The notes under the pieces were generated by a model. The model had not been told where the DNA came from. It saw only the letters and a program-made list of their open reading frames with translations, and ran no database searches. Shown piece after piece: positions 21,241 to 30,301 of a stretch of 64,000 bases of DNA; the first letter of the stretch is position 1, and each line of letters starts with the position of its first letter. Where the stretch lies: positions 220,673-284,672 of the forward strand of contig JBHIYN010000008.1 of the NCBI GenBank assembly GCA_041984235.1, read 5' to 3'. This DNA is from Gammaproteobacteria bacterium (GTDB lineage Bacteria > Pseudomonadota > Gammaproteobacteria > Ga0077536). The position numbers and the translations under genes are program-made.

Positions 21241-22423
21241 AGGCCCGGCGCGTGCCGGCGAAGGTCGTGAATGCGCGCGGGTGCTCAGCCGCGGCTTGCC
21301 GCGGATCGATCAGCCACGATTGCAGCGGTGCGCCGCGCAGCCGCAGCGCGGCTGCATAGACCAGCCGCAGCGCCATGATCGCGCTGCTGAGCACGGTCCA
21401 CGCGGCGACGCCCGCGTAGCCCAGGTCCGGGCGCCCGGCGAACGTGGCGATGGTGAGGATGATCAGGCACGGGTTGCGTCGCGCGGTGACGAGCCGGAAG
21501 TAGGCATCGAACGGGCGCCACGCGAACATGCTGCAATGGCCCAGCGTATGGAACGCGGCTTCGAGCAGGCGCCCGGCGATGTAGCCCGTGACGATCGCCA
21601 GTGCCAGTTCGCCGACGGTATAACCGCAGACCAGGCCATCCATGCCCAGGCCCAGGCCGACACCCCAGTACACGTACCAGAACGGCGGGTGCACGATGTC
21701 CATGCCGTGATCCAGCCAGTGCCCGAGGCGGCTGCTGGTCACGGTGACCCGGGCCAGCTTGCCGTCGACGGTGTCGAGCAGGGTCATCAGCCAGCCGCAG
21801 GCGAGTCCCGCCAGGTAGCCACCGGTGGCGAACAGGCCGGTTGCGATGAGTACCAGTAGCAGGCCGGTCAGCGTGACCATGTTCGGCGTGATTCCGAGCC
21901 GCGCGCACCATCCGACGAGGTAGCGTGCGGGCCGTGGCCACCACCACTTGGTCACGAGATCGGTGATGCCCTTGTAGGCGTTGCCGTAGAGCAGGGACTC
22001 GAGGGCCGCTTCGTCATTGTCGGCATAGGCGCGCAGGAGCGGCGCAGCCGATTTTCGCAGGTTGCGATCGAACGCGGCCAGGTCGGCCGGGCTGAGCACC
22101 GTGATGCCGCGCGGAACGGTGGCACTGTCGGCGCCGACCAGGCCCGCGATCGTGTCACCGGGACCGACCGCGGCCGCGACCTGCTGCGTCTCGGGACACA
22201 CCAGCACGGCGCGGTCGTGGCCGAGCAGCGCACTGAACGTGCGCGGCTCGAACAGGAAATCGGCCGCGACGGCGAGTAGCGGCGCGGCGCCGGGCGCACG
22301 CGTGGCGCCGGTGTCGATGTCGTCGATACCCACGCTGCGCAGCTGGCGCGTGATGCGTTCCACCGAGCTCAGCCCCCAGAGGCGGTGGGGACGCTCACCG
22401 ACGATCATCGCGGACTTCGTCAT
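21233..22423 (-). CDS. CDP-alcohol phosphatidyltransferase with N-terminal extension (CpgC-like)
   Basis: ITPNMVT and the signature DTVDGKLAR...G..LDHGMD. Confidence 0.9.
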   Translation of the reverse strand: MTKSAMIVGERPHRLWGLSSVERITRQLRSVGIDDIDTGATRAPGAAPLLAVAADFLFEPRTFSALLGHDRAVLVCPETQQVAAAVGPGDTIAGLVGADSATVPRGITVLSPADLAAFDRNLRKSAAPLLRAYADNDEAALESLLYGNAYKGITDLVTKWWWPRPARYLVGWCARLGITPNMVTLTGLLLVLIATGLFATGGYLAGLACGWLMTLLDTVDGKLARVTVTSSRLGHWLDHGMDIVHPPFWYVYWGVGLGLGMDGLVCGYTVGELALAIVTGYIAGRLLEAAFHTLGHCSMFAWRPFDAYFRLVTARRNPCLIILTIATFAGRPDLGYAGVAAWTVLSSAIMALRLVYAAALRLRGAPLQSWLIDPRQAAAEHPRAFTTFAGTRRAYD

Positions 22424-22514
22424 GCTACCATTCGATCTCTTGCGGTTTACGAAAAAAGCGCGTGATTATAGTAAGTTACCGGTCAGCCGGCAAAGTCTGA
22501 CCGAGGCCGCCGGC

Positions 22515-23426
22515 ATGCGCCTGGTGCACCTGAGCGACCCCCACCTGAGCTCGCTGGACGGGCTCTCGCCGTGGCGCCTGCGCGGCAAGCGCCGCTTGGG
22601 TTACCTGTCCTGGGTACGGCGGCGGCGTCACCTGCACCGCCGCGAGATACTCGAGTGCGTGACCGCTGCCGTGGCCGCCGAGGACGCTGACCTGGTCGCT
22701 GTCACGGGCGATCTCGTACAGGTCGGCCTCGCCGGGGAGCACCTCGAGGCGCGGCACTGGCTCGATCAGCTCGCGCAGCACACCGAGCTCGTACTGGTCC
22801 CCGGCAACCACGATCTCTACCAGGCCGACAGCGGTGCCTCGCTGGCGCGGCAGTGGGCACCTTACCTGCCCGCGGATGCCGGCGACCCGGCCGCTTTTCC
22901 GTACGCCCGCGACTGTCTTGGCGTGACCATCGTCGGTCTCAACTCGGCGCGTCCCGAACCGTGGTGGTCGGCTGCGGGCGCGCTCGGCGATGCCCAGGTC
23001 GAGCGCCTCGGTGCGCTGCTGTCGGCGTCGTCCGCGGCGCCGAGCTGCGTGTTGCTGCATCATCCGCCACTGACCGGCTATGCCCCGCGGCGAAAGGCAT
23101 TGCGCGACGTAGCCGCACTGCACGGCATCCTGCAGACACGCCGCGTCGATGTCATGCTGCACGGTCACCTGCACTGCAATCTCGATTACGCCGGGCCAAG
23201 CGGCTTGCGCGTGTTCGCCACGGCTTCGGCCTCGGCCTCGTACACCGGGCCCGACCGGCGTGCATCCTACCGCGTGCTCGATTTCGAACACGGGGCCGAT
23301 GGCTGGCAGGTCAGCATGACGCTGAAAACACTGAACGCAGCCGGTGACGGCGTCACCGTGCAGGCACGCGAGCGCTGGACACGGGACGATCGCAGCGGCG
23401 TCACGCCACCCGGCGAAGCGCGATGA
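22515..23426 (+). CDS. Calcineurin-like metallophosphoesterase
   Basis: HLSDPH, TGDL, PGNHD, LLHHPP and HGHLH. Start at ATG 22515. Confidence 0.9.
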   Translation: MRLVHLSDPHLSSLDGLSPWRLRGKRRLGYLSWVRRRRHLHRREILECVTAAVAAEDADLVAVTGDLVQVGLAGEHLEARHWLDQLAQHTELVLVPGNHDLYQADSGASLARQWAPYLPADAGDPAAFPYARDCLGVTIVGLNSARPEPWWSAAGALGDAQVERLGALLSASSAAPSCVLLHHPPLTGYAPRRKALRDVAALHGILQTRRVDVMLHGHLHCNLDYAGPSGLRVFATASASASYTGPDRRASYRVLDFEHGADGWQVSMTLKTLNAAGDGVTVQARERWTRDDRSGVTPPGEAR

Positions 23427-24465
23427 GCGCAACGGCGAGCACGACCAGTGCCGGAGCCAGCGCGGTCGGCGCCGGGGCGAGCTCCAGCAGCAGGGCGAGG
23501 TGGCTGGCGACCTGCTCGAAGAGGTAGAAACCGATGCCGATGGCACCACCGACGAGCGTGCGGAATCCGCCCGACCTTGTGCGTACCGAGGCCAGCGCCA
23601 GCGGCACGCCGAGCAGACCCATGGCGAGCAGGGCAAGGGGCAGACTGACCTGCTGCCAGAACAGGACCTGTTGCTCTCGCGTGTCCAGGCCGGCACCGCG
23701 ACTCTGATCGAGGTAGCGGTAGAGATCGAGTGCGGAAACGGCATCGGCCGGGCTGACGAGGGTCGCGAGCTGGTCCGGGCTGAGGAAGCTCGGCCACTCG
23801 AGCGTTGCCACCTGTCGTTGCAGAACGCGTTCGCCGTCCAGCACTTTCTCCTCCACGTCCTGCAGCAACCAGGTGCCGGCACTGACGATGTCGGCGCGGT
23901 CGGCGCGCAGCAGGTGTCGCAACCGGGCGTCCTCGTCGAGCTCGTAGATCTCCACGTTGCGCGGAATGCGCCCGAAATCGACCGCGCCGACGCGCAGCAG
24001 TCGCGCACCGCTGCGACTCCAGAACTCGGTGCTGCCGAGGGCGGTCTGCTCCAGCGTACGGGTACGGAACTCCTGCGCGCGGCGCTCCGCCATCGGCACC
24101 ACCGCCAGTTGAACGGCTGCGGCGAGCAGCGCGAGGGCCGTCGCCAGCACGAGCACGATGCCGCCCATGTGCCAGACCGACATTCCCGCCGCGCGCAGGG
24201 CGACGAGCTCACGCTGGTTGGCCAGCAGACCCAGCCCGAGCACCGAGCCCAGCAACAGGCTGACCGGCAGCAGCTCGAGCATGCGGGCCGGCGTGGTCAG
24301 CACCAGCACCGACAGGGCGTCGGCGACCGTGAATGCGCCGGTGCCGACGTCCTCCAGCGTTTCCGCGAGGTCGATGAAGCTGAACAGCGCGAGCAGCACG
24401 AGCAGCGCCAGGCCCGCAGCCCTGAGCACCGTCCAGGCAAGGTAACGGGCGGCGATACCGCTCAT
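23401..24465 (-). CDS. lptG: LptG-family permease paralogue
   Basis: YjgP/YjgQ family: LLGSVLGLGLLANQRELVALRAAGMS. Start at ATG 24465 overlaps the lptF stop. Confidence 0.85.
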   Translation of the reverse strand: MSGIAARYLAWTVLRAAGLALLVLLALFSFIDLAETLEDVGTGAFTVADALSVLVLTTPARMLELLPVSLLLGSVLGLGLLANQRELVALRAAGMSVWHMGGIVLVLATALALLAAAVQLAVVPMAERRAQEFRTRTLEQTALGSTEFWSRSGARLLRVGAVDFGRIPRNVEIYELDEDARLRHLLRADRADIVSAGTWLLQDVEEKVLDGERVLQRQVATLEWPSFLSPDQLATLVSPADAVSALDLYRYLDQSRGAGLDTREQQVLFWQQVSLPLALLAMGLLGVPLALASVRTRSGGFRTLVGGAIGIGFYLFEQVASHLALLLELAPAPTALAPALVVLAVALIALRRVA

Positions 24466-25514
24466 GTCAATCGACCGCACCGGGTCAGTGTCAACACGGC
24501 CAGTGCCGCAGCGAGCAGTGCCGGGGCCCACCACAGGGAAGGCAGGGTCTGCTGCTCGACCCAGGTGCGCCCGACGCCCACCAGGTTGAAATACAGCGCG
24601 TAGATACCGATCGCCGCGGGTACGCGCGCATAACGCGCCTGGCGCGGTCGGTGATCGGTCAGTGCCATCGCGGTCAAGGCGAGCAGCAGCGTGGAGACGG
24701 GCGTCGACAGGCGCCATTGCAGCTCGGCGCGATCGTCGGCGAGCTCCGACAGTATCAGGGCCGCGGTGTCGGCGGACTTGGTCCGGTACTCGTGATCGAT
24801 CGGTTTCAGTGCGTCCAGTGACAGGCTCAGCGTGCCGAAGCGACCGAGAAAGTCCGCCTCGTCGCGGACATTGCGGAATATGCTCGCCTCGTTCAGAACG
24901 AGGCGGTGGCTGCGTGGCGTCGCGAACGGCTCCAGCACCCCAGAGGGCGCCGTGATGATCTCGGTATCGTTCCCGTTGCGGTTGCGAATGAAGATCCCGG
25001 TCAGGCGACCGCCGTCGCGCGCGATGCGGTCGACATAGACGGCGCGTTCGCCATCGTCGTAAAGGTAGAAGCGTCCCGCCTTTATTCGATCGAGCTCCGA
25101 GGAGGCGCGCGCCGCGTCACGCAGGGTGAACAGCTCGGAGTAGGCCCACGGCCGCACGCTCAGCGAGAGGGCTGCGACCAGTGCTGCGAGCAGCACGCTC
25201 GCGACCAGCAGCGGCCGTTGCAGGCGCCCACGCCGCAATCCCCCGGCGCGCATGGCGGTGAGCTCGCTGTTGGCATTGAGGCGGCCGAAGCCGATAATGA
25301 TGCCGAAATACAGGGCCAGCGGCAGCAGCACCTCCAGCGCAATGACGCCTTTCAGCAGGGTCAGGCGCAGGACTTCGCCGCCATCGAGCAGGCCGCTGGC
25401 GGCGTCGGTCAGGAAGCGCGTCAGGCTGTAGGCAAGGAAGATGGCGACCAGTACCATGGCGACCGCGGCGAAGCTCGCGCCGATTTGTCGAAGCAGGTAA
25501 CGGTCGATTAACAC
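24462..25514 (-). CDS. lptF: LptF-family permease paralogue
   Basis: MLIDRYL, LLPLALYFG...GRLNANSELTAMRAGG and AELQWRLSTP. Confidence 0.85.
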   Translation of the reverse strand: MLIDRYLLRQIGASFAAVAMVLVAIFLAYSLTRFLTDAASGLLDGGEVLRLTLLKGVIALEVLLPLALYFGIIIGFGRLNANSELTAMRAGGLRRGRLQRPLLVASVLLAALVAALSLSVRPWAYSELFTLRDAARASSELDRIKAGRFYLYDDGERAVYVDRIARDGGRLTGIFIRNRNGNDTEIITAPSGVLEPFATPRSHRLVLNEASIFRNVRDEADFLGRFGTLSLSLDALKPIDHEYRTKSADTAALILSELADDRAELQWRLSTPVSTLLLALTAMALTDHRPRQARYARVPAAIGIYALYFNLVGVGRTWVEQQTLPSLWWAPALLAAALAVLTLTRCGRLT

Positions 25515-25587
25515 GATGCAAAGTGCGGGACGTTCACGCCGTCCGCGGCAGGTCGGACCCGGCTATCATCGATGCGCCCGTCGCACG

Positions 25588-26094
25588 GTGCAACAGCGCA
25601 TCGCGACGGCGTGCGCCGCTTGGCTGTGCCTGGCCGCCACGGCTCCCGCGCACAGCGATACCCCGCCGCTGGAGCGGGCCGCCGACGTCGTCTTCATTCG
25701 CGCGGAACGCGCCGTGCAAGCCGCCGATCGCGGATCGTTCGTGCTCGACGGGGGCCTGCGGCTGGCCGGCGAGCGCTGGGTGATTACCGCCGATCACGCG
25801 GTCGTCAGCGGTCGCCTGCAAGACCCCGACCGTATCGAGGTCAGCGGTGCGCCGGCGCGCATGACCCTGCAGCGCGAAACGCGGATGACTCCGCTGCGTG
25901 CAAGCTCGCAACACCTGGTCTTCGAACCGCGGGCCGAGCTCGTGCGGCTGCGTGGCGCCGCCACGGTAGACGATGGCGAGCAGTCCATCAGCAGCGAAGC
26001 GATCCGCTACCTGCTGAACGACGATACGTTTGCGGCCGGCTCCGACGATGGCGGCCGCGTGCGCGTCGTCACGCGGCCACGCGCAGGTCGCTGA
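25588..26094 (+). CDS. LptA/OstA-like periplasmic beta-jellyroll protein
   Basis: Signal-peptide-like N-terminus, ITADHA, SGAPARM, LRGAATV...ISSEAIRY and a C-terminal GRVRVV. GTG 25588 is preferred over ATG 25516, which abuts the lptF start. Confidence 0.7.
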   Translation: MQQRIATACAAWLCLAATAPAHSDTPPLERAADVVFIRAERAVQAADRGSFVLDGGLRLAGERWVITADHAVVSGRLQDPDRIEVSGAPARMTLQRETRMTPLRASSQHLVFEPRAELVRLRGAATVDDGEQSISSEAIRYLLNDDTFAAGSDDGGRVRVVTRPRAGR

Positions 26095-26101
26095 CGAATA
26101 G

Positions 26102-26542
26102 TCAGCGTCCGACTTCGGGCCAGGCGTCGAGCAGGTGCTCGCGCAGCGCCTCGAAGTCTCCGGCGGCGAGGGTCGCGGCATGGTCCAGTCGCGGGGGCCC
26201 CGGCCAGCCCGGGTCGTCGAAATCGCTCGTGCCGAAACGCGTCGTCGCCGCGTAGCGCGGCAGAACGTGAAAATGGACGTTGGGATCGACCATCATGAGC
26301 ATGAGGTAGTTGATCTTGTCGTAGCCGAACGCGCTGCCCAGCGTCGACTCGATGTCGCGTACCACCCGGCTCATCTCGCGGGTGGCCTCGGCCGAGATGT
26401 CACCGAAAGCTTCGGCGTCCTCCTTGCAGGCGAGGATCAGTGCGCCCAGGGTCGCCTGTTGCGGACGCAGCAGCACCACCCAGTGGTCGTACTCACTGAC
26501 CAGGGTTCCCGGGTAGCCGAATTTCTCGATGGTTACGTTCAC
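26102..26542 (-). CDS. HIT-family nucleotide hydrolase
   Basis: KINYLMLMMVDPNVHFHVLPRY (variant HIT motif); GGAGA RBS before GTG 26542. Confidence 0.85.
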   Translation of the reverse strand: MNVTIEKFGYPGTLVSEYDHWVVLLRPQQATLGALILACKEDAEAFGDISAEATREMSRVVRDIESTLGSAFGYDKINYLMLMMVDPNVHFHVLPRYAATTRFGTSDFDDPGWPGPPRLDHAATLAAGDFEALREHLLDAWPEVGR

Positions 26543-26555
26543 GCGTGTTCTCCAA

Positions 26556-27314
26556 TCAGGCCAGGTCCGACTGTGGCTGCCCGGCCGGCTGGTGCCAGCC
26601 GTCGACCACCACCGCGGCATGCGCGAGATCCTCGCGGTCGTCGATCTCGCACCAGCTCAGGCCGTCGATGGGGCAGGTCGCGACGATGGACTCACCGGCG
26701 AGCGCGTCGATTGCCGACAAGTACCACTGCTTGAGCCCGGTGCCGTAGCGCATCATGTGTTCGACCTGGCGGCGGAAGCGCGCGGCGCCGTTGGCGTCGA
26801 AGTGAATCATGCCGATGGACTCGCCACTGACACCGGTGCGATCGAGCTGCTTGCCGATGCGGCGCAGGCGTCCGTTCTCGACTACGACCTTCATGTCGTC
26901 ATCGTCGTAAACCGCCTTGCTGTCCGTCACCAGCGTGATTGGGGCTGACCCGCGTGCAGCGAGCAGGCGCTGCAGGATGGCTGCTTCGAACAGGGTGTCG
27001 CCGTTGATGATGACGAACGGCGCGTCCATCTCGTGCCGTGCGACCCAGCAGGTACCCAGGTTGTCGCTCTGCGCATAGAACGGATTGTAGAGCGCGCGCG
27101 TCGGCACCTGGCGGTTGGCGGCAACGATGCGGTCGATGTGATCCGCGCCGAAGCCGGTAACCACCACGACTTCGTCGATCGCGCACTGGCTGATCTCGTT
27201 GATCTGCCATTCGAGCACGCTGATACGGCCGACCGGCAGCGCCGCCTTGGGTTGCTCGGCGGTCAGGGGAAGCAGGCGGCGCCCCTGTCCGGCACTCAGT
27301 ATGATCGCTTTCAT
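26556..27314 (-). CDS. LicC/phosphocholine cytidylyltransferase-like NTP transferase (CpgD-like)
   Basis: MKAIILSAGQGRRL.P...PK, YNPFY, INGDTLF, DDDDMKV, GESIG and WCEIDD. Confidence 0.85.
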   Translation of the reverse strand: MKAIILSAGQGRRLLPLTAEQPKAALPVGRISVLEWQINEISQCAIDEVVVVTGFGADHIDRIVAANRQVPTRALYNPFYAQSDNLGTCWVARHEMDAPFVIINGDTLFEAAILQRLLAARGSAPITLVTDSKAVYDDDDMKVVVENGRLRRIGKQLDRTGVSGESIGMIHFDANGAARFRRQVEHMMRYGTGLKQWYLSAIDALAGESIVATCPIDGLSWCEIDDREDLAHAAVVVDGWHQPAGQPQSDLA

Positions 27315-27439
27315 CCGTTCGTCCGGGCTGCTCGCCGCCCGTGAAAGGCGCGCGACTCTAGCACGTTTGCCCGCGCGGTTCGACCGCACTGCCGCGTGAC
27401 AGGGGAGATGCCGGCGGTGGTCGCTTCGGCGCGGTGCGC

Positions 27440-28210
27440 TCAGTCGTCCGCCGCGGCACCGCGGCGTTCGGCGAGGCGCCGATTCCAGTCGGCCAGATTG
27501 CGCAGGGGGTCGCGCACGTAGTGGGTCGCCTGCATCAGGCGCAGAATGGCGCGATTGAAGCGCGTGCCCAGCGCGTCCATGGGGCGGTCGATGTCAAGGA
27601 ACAGCACCGCGCGGTACTCCCGCGTGTCGTTCAGCACCTCGTGCTCGTAGGTGTCATCGAACAGCAGGCACTCGCCTTCGCGCCAGGTGTTGATGGTCTG
27701 GTCGACGCGCAGCCAGCATCGCTCGCGCTCGGCCGGCACGCGCAGTCCGAGATGGCAGCGCACCAGCGCACGGGTCGGGCCGCGGTGCGCCGGGATGTGG
27801 TAGCCGGGTGCGAGGATCGAGAACCAGGCGTTCTGCAGGCCGGGCAGGCCGGCGAGCAGCGCGGCAGTGTGCGGACATTCGCGGCAGTTGGGTTCGACCG
27901 CCTGACCGAAGATGTACAGCGCGTAGGTCTTCCAGTTCGAACCCTTGGAAATGCGGGCCTGGTCGGGCGAGATCTGGTGGAATGCCGGAATGTCTTCGGG
28001 GTGCTGCCAGACCTGGTCGAACTCTGCGCGCACTTGTGGCCAGGCGGCTTCGAGGCGTGGCACCCAGTCGAAGGTGGCGTTATCGAGCACCGGTGTGGTC
28101 GGGATGAGCGAGTGACGCGCCTGGAAATCGCCGATGGCGCGCAGGAAACGCTTGCCCGCGCGATGCACGATACCGCGCAGTGCACCGCGCAGCGGGCCGC
28201 GCTCAGCCAT
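27440..28210 (-). CDS. Aspartyl/asparaginyl beta-hydroxylase (AspH/LpxO-family) Fe(II)/2-oxoglutarate dioxygenase
   Basis: FSILAPG.HIPAHRGPT...RCHLGL, WREGECLLFDDTYEHEV.N and RAVLFLD. Confidence 0.88.
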   Translation of the reverse strand: MAERGPLRGALRGIVHRAGKRFLRAIGDFQARHSLIPTTPVLDNATFDWVPRLEAAWPQVRAEFDQVWQHPEDIPAFHQISPDQARISKGSNWKTYALYIFGQAVEPNCRECPHTAALLAGLPGLQNAWFSILAPGYHIPAHRGPTRALVRCHLGLRVPAERERCWLRVDQTINTWREGECLLFDDTYEHEVLNDTREYRAVLFLDIDRPMDALGTRFNRAILRLMQATHYVRDPLRNLADWNRRLAERRGAAADD

Positions 28211-28997
28211 GACCAACGACCTCGCGGGCGAGGGCGAGGTCGGCGGCCGAGTCGACGTCGACCGCGGCGCGGGCGTGTTCCAGGCAGACGAACCCGATCG
28301 CCGCGCCGCTGCGCGCCGACAGCGCCGCGAACGCCTGCGCCGTGCTCAGCCGGCCAGCGAGGTATCGCAGCAGCACGGCAGGTCCGATGCGCGCGGCCAG
28401 TCGCCACGGCCGTTTGCGCTGCGCTTCGCAGGCGCGCCAGAAGGCGAGCGCCCGGCGTGCCAGCGCGGTGCGCAGCAGGAACAGGTTGCTGCCGCACCAG
28501 GTCGCGTCGCTGAAGCGCAGGCGGGTGCGGCGTGATGCGGGAAAGGCGCGCTGGACGGTGCCGTAGGGCACGAGGCCGACCACGAAGTCCGCCTCGCTCT
28601 CGCCGGCCGCAGTGCAGAACGCGTCGACGATGGCGGGGGTCAGCAGCGCGTGGTCCCCGGCGGTCAGCAGCAGCGGGACTTCGTCCAGCTTCTCGACACC
28701 GGCGAGGGCGCTGGCGGAAGGGCCGTCTGCGGGAGCCAGCCATTCGAAATCGCCACGGTCGAGCAGTGCGCGCACGCGCGCATCCGTTTGCGGCAGCGGT
28801 GCGCCCGGTCCGACCAGGACCCCGCCGGCGATGGCGTGGCTGGCGCGCAGTGCCGCGACGACGCGCTCCAGGCAGGTCGCTCCCCCGACTTCGGCGAGCA
28901 CGCCCGCCGCCAGCCCCAGGCTGCGCGCCAGCGCGTTGCCGCCCGGGCGTTCGCCGGCCAGCACCACCGCGCGCATGGTCGGGCGCGGAGCGCTCAC
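28203..28997 (-). CDS. MobA-like NTP transferase family protein
   Basis: AVVLAGER, GPSAS, LLTAGDHALL, SRRTRLRFSD..WCGSNLF and AVDVDS..DL. GTG overlaps the upstream TGA. Confidence 0.8.
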   Translation of the reverse strand: MSAPRPTMRAVVLAGERPGGNALARSLGLAAGVLAEVGGATCLERVVAALRASHAIAGGVLVGPGAPLPQTDARVRALLDRGDFEWLAPADGPSASALAGVEKLDEVPLLLTAGDHALLTPAIVDAFCTAAGESEADFVVGLVPYGTVQRAFPASRRTRLRFSDATWCGSNLFLLRTALARRALAFWRACEAQRKRPWRLAARIGPAVLLRYLAGRLSTAQAFAALSARSGAAIGFVCLEHARAAVDVDSAADLALAREVVGHG

Positions 28998-30130
28998 GCC
29001 AGTGCTTTCTCGTACACGCGATAGCGTTTCGACTGGCGACCGCCGAGCGTGTCGATGATGTTCTTCATCGCCGCGTTGCTTTCCAGGATCCAGGACATCT
29101 CCACGTCCTCTATGCCCTTGCCGACGCCGGGTGCGCGCAGTGCCTGCACCACCGACAGAGCGAGTCCCGGACCCAGACGGGTGTGGTGGAAGCGCCGCCG
29201 CACGCCCATCAGCGGTATGCGCGCGGTGCTCGGGTAGCCCAGCTTGAGGCGGGCCAGCAGTCGCAGCCAGCCGGTCGGCCACAGGCGGCCGTCGAGATCG
29301 GCGATGATCTCGTTGACGTTCGGCAGCAGCACGATGAAGGCCACGGGCTCGCCGCGCATCTCCGCGATCTGGATGAAGTCGGGCGGCATCAGCATCAGCA
29401 TCTCCTGCCCGATGGTGCGGAATTCGCGCTTTGTGAACGGCACGAAGCCCCAGTTGTCGGCCCACGCGTCGTTGAAGATGTCACGCAGGATATCGAGGTC
29501 GCGATCGCGGTTTTTCGGATCGAGCGGACGGATGCTGACCGTGCGGCTAAGGCGCTCGAAGAGCGCCGCCATGACCGGCGGCGGATCGAAGCGCGCCTTG
29601 ATCAGGTAGGCAAACAGGTCGACAGCCTTGGCATAGCCGCACGCTTCGATCGCCGCACCGTAATACGGCAGGGCGTGCGTCATCATGAAATAAGGCGGCG
29701 TATCGAAGCCGTCGACCAGCAGACCGACTTCCTGGTTGACGTTGAAGCTCAGCGGCCCGCGCACGCGGGTCATGCCGCGCGCGCTCAGCCAGCTTTCGGC
29801 GCTGTCGAACAGTGCCGCGAACACCTCGGCGTCGTCGGCCGCCTCGATGAAGCCGAAGAACCCGGTGGCGTCAGCGTAGCGGTCGAGGTGCAGCTGGTCG
29901 ACCTGCGCGCTGATGCGTCCGACCGGGGTATCGCCACGGTACGCGACCCAGCCCTGCCACTGGAGATGTTCGAACACCGGCTGCTTCGGCGAGAGCGCCT
30001 GTTTGCGTTCGAACAGCAGCGGCGGCACCCAGTTCGGATCGTCTCCGTACAGCGACCACGGCACGCGGACGAAATCGTCCAGACGGTGGCGGTCGTCGGC
30101 CGGGCGGATGCTGAGTACGCCTGTGTTCAT
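28994..30130 (-). CDS. Tandem GNAT-fold N-acyltransferase; bacterial ceramide synthase (bCerS) candidate
   Basis: Y.DDPNWVPPL, GRISAQVD, GFFGF, RGPLSFNVNQEVGLLVDGFDTPP..MM.H, FNDAWADNWGFVP and EMSWILESN; gene context agrees. Confidence 0.8.
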   Translation of the reverse strand: MNTGVLSIRPADDRHRLDDFVRVPWSLYGDDPNWVPPLLFERKQALSPKQPVFEHLQWQGWVAYRGDTPVGRISAQVDQLHLDRYADATGFFGFIEAADDAEVFAALFDSAESWLSARGMTRVRGPLSFNVNQEVGLLVDGFDTPPYFMMTHALPYYGAAIEACGYAKAVDLFAYLIKARFDPPPVMAALFERLSRTVSIRPLDPKNRDRDLDILRDIFNDAWADNWGFVPFTKREFRTIGQEMLMLMPPDFIQIAEMRGEPVAFIVLLPNVNEIIADLDGRLWPTGWLRLLARLKLGYPSTARIPLMGVRRRFHHTRLGPGLALSVVQALRAPGVGKGIEDVEMSWILESNAAMKNIIDTLGGRQSKRYRVYEKALA

Positions 30131-30301
30131 CGCTCCCCTCTGCTCGGTGCGAACCGCGCACGCCGGCTGCGGCCCGCGCCGCGGCATGGTAGCCAAGTCA
30201 TGCTTCGCGCGAAACTGCCGCGCGACTCGTGTACGTGTACCACGGTCGCGCTTGGCCTGCCGTGCTCTATACTGACGCCGTTCAAGTACGAGGGGAGTGT
30301 C

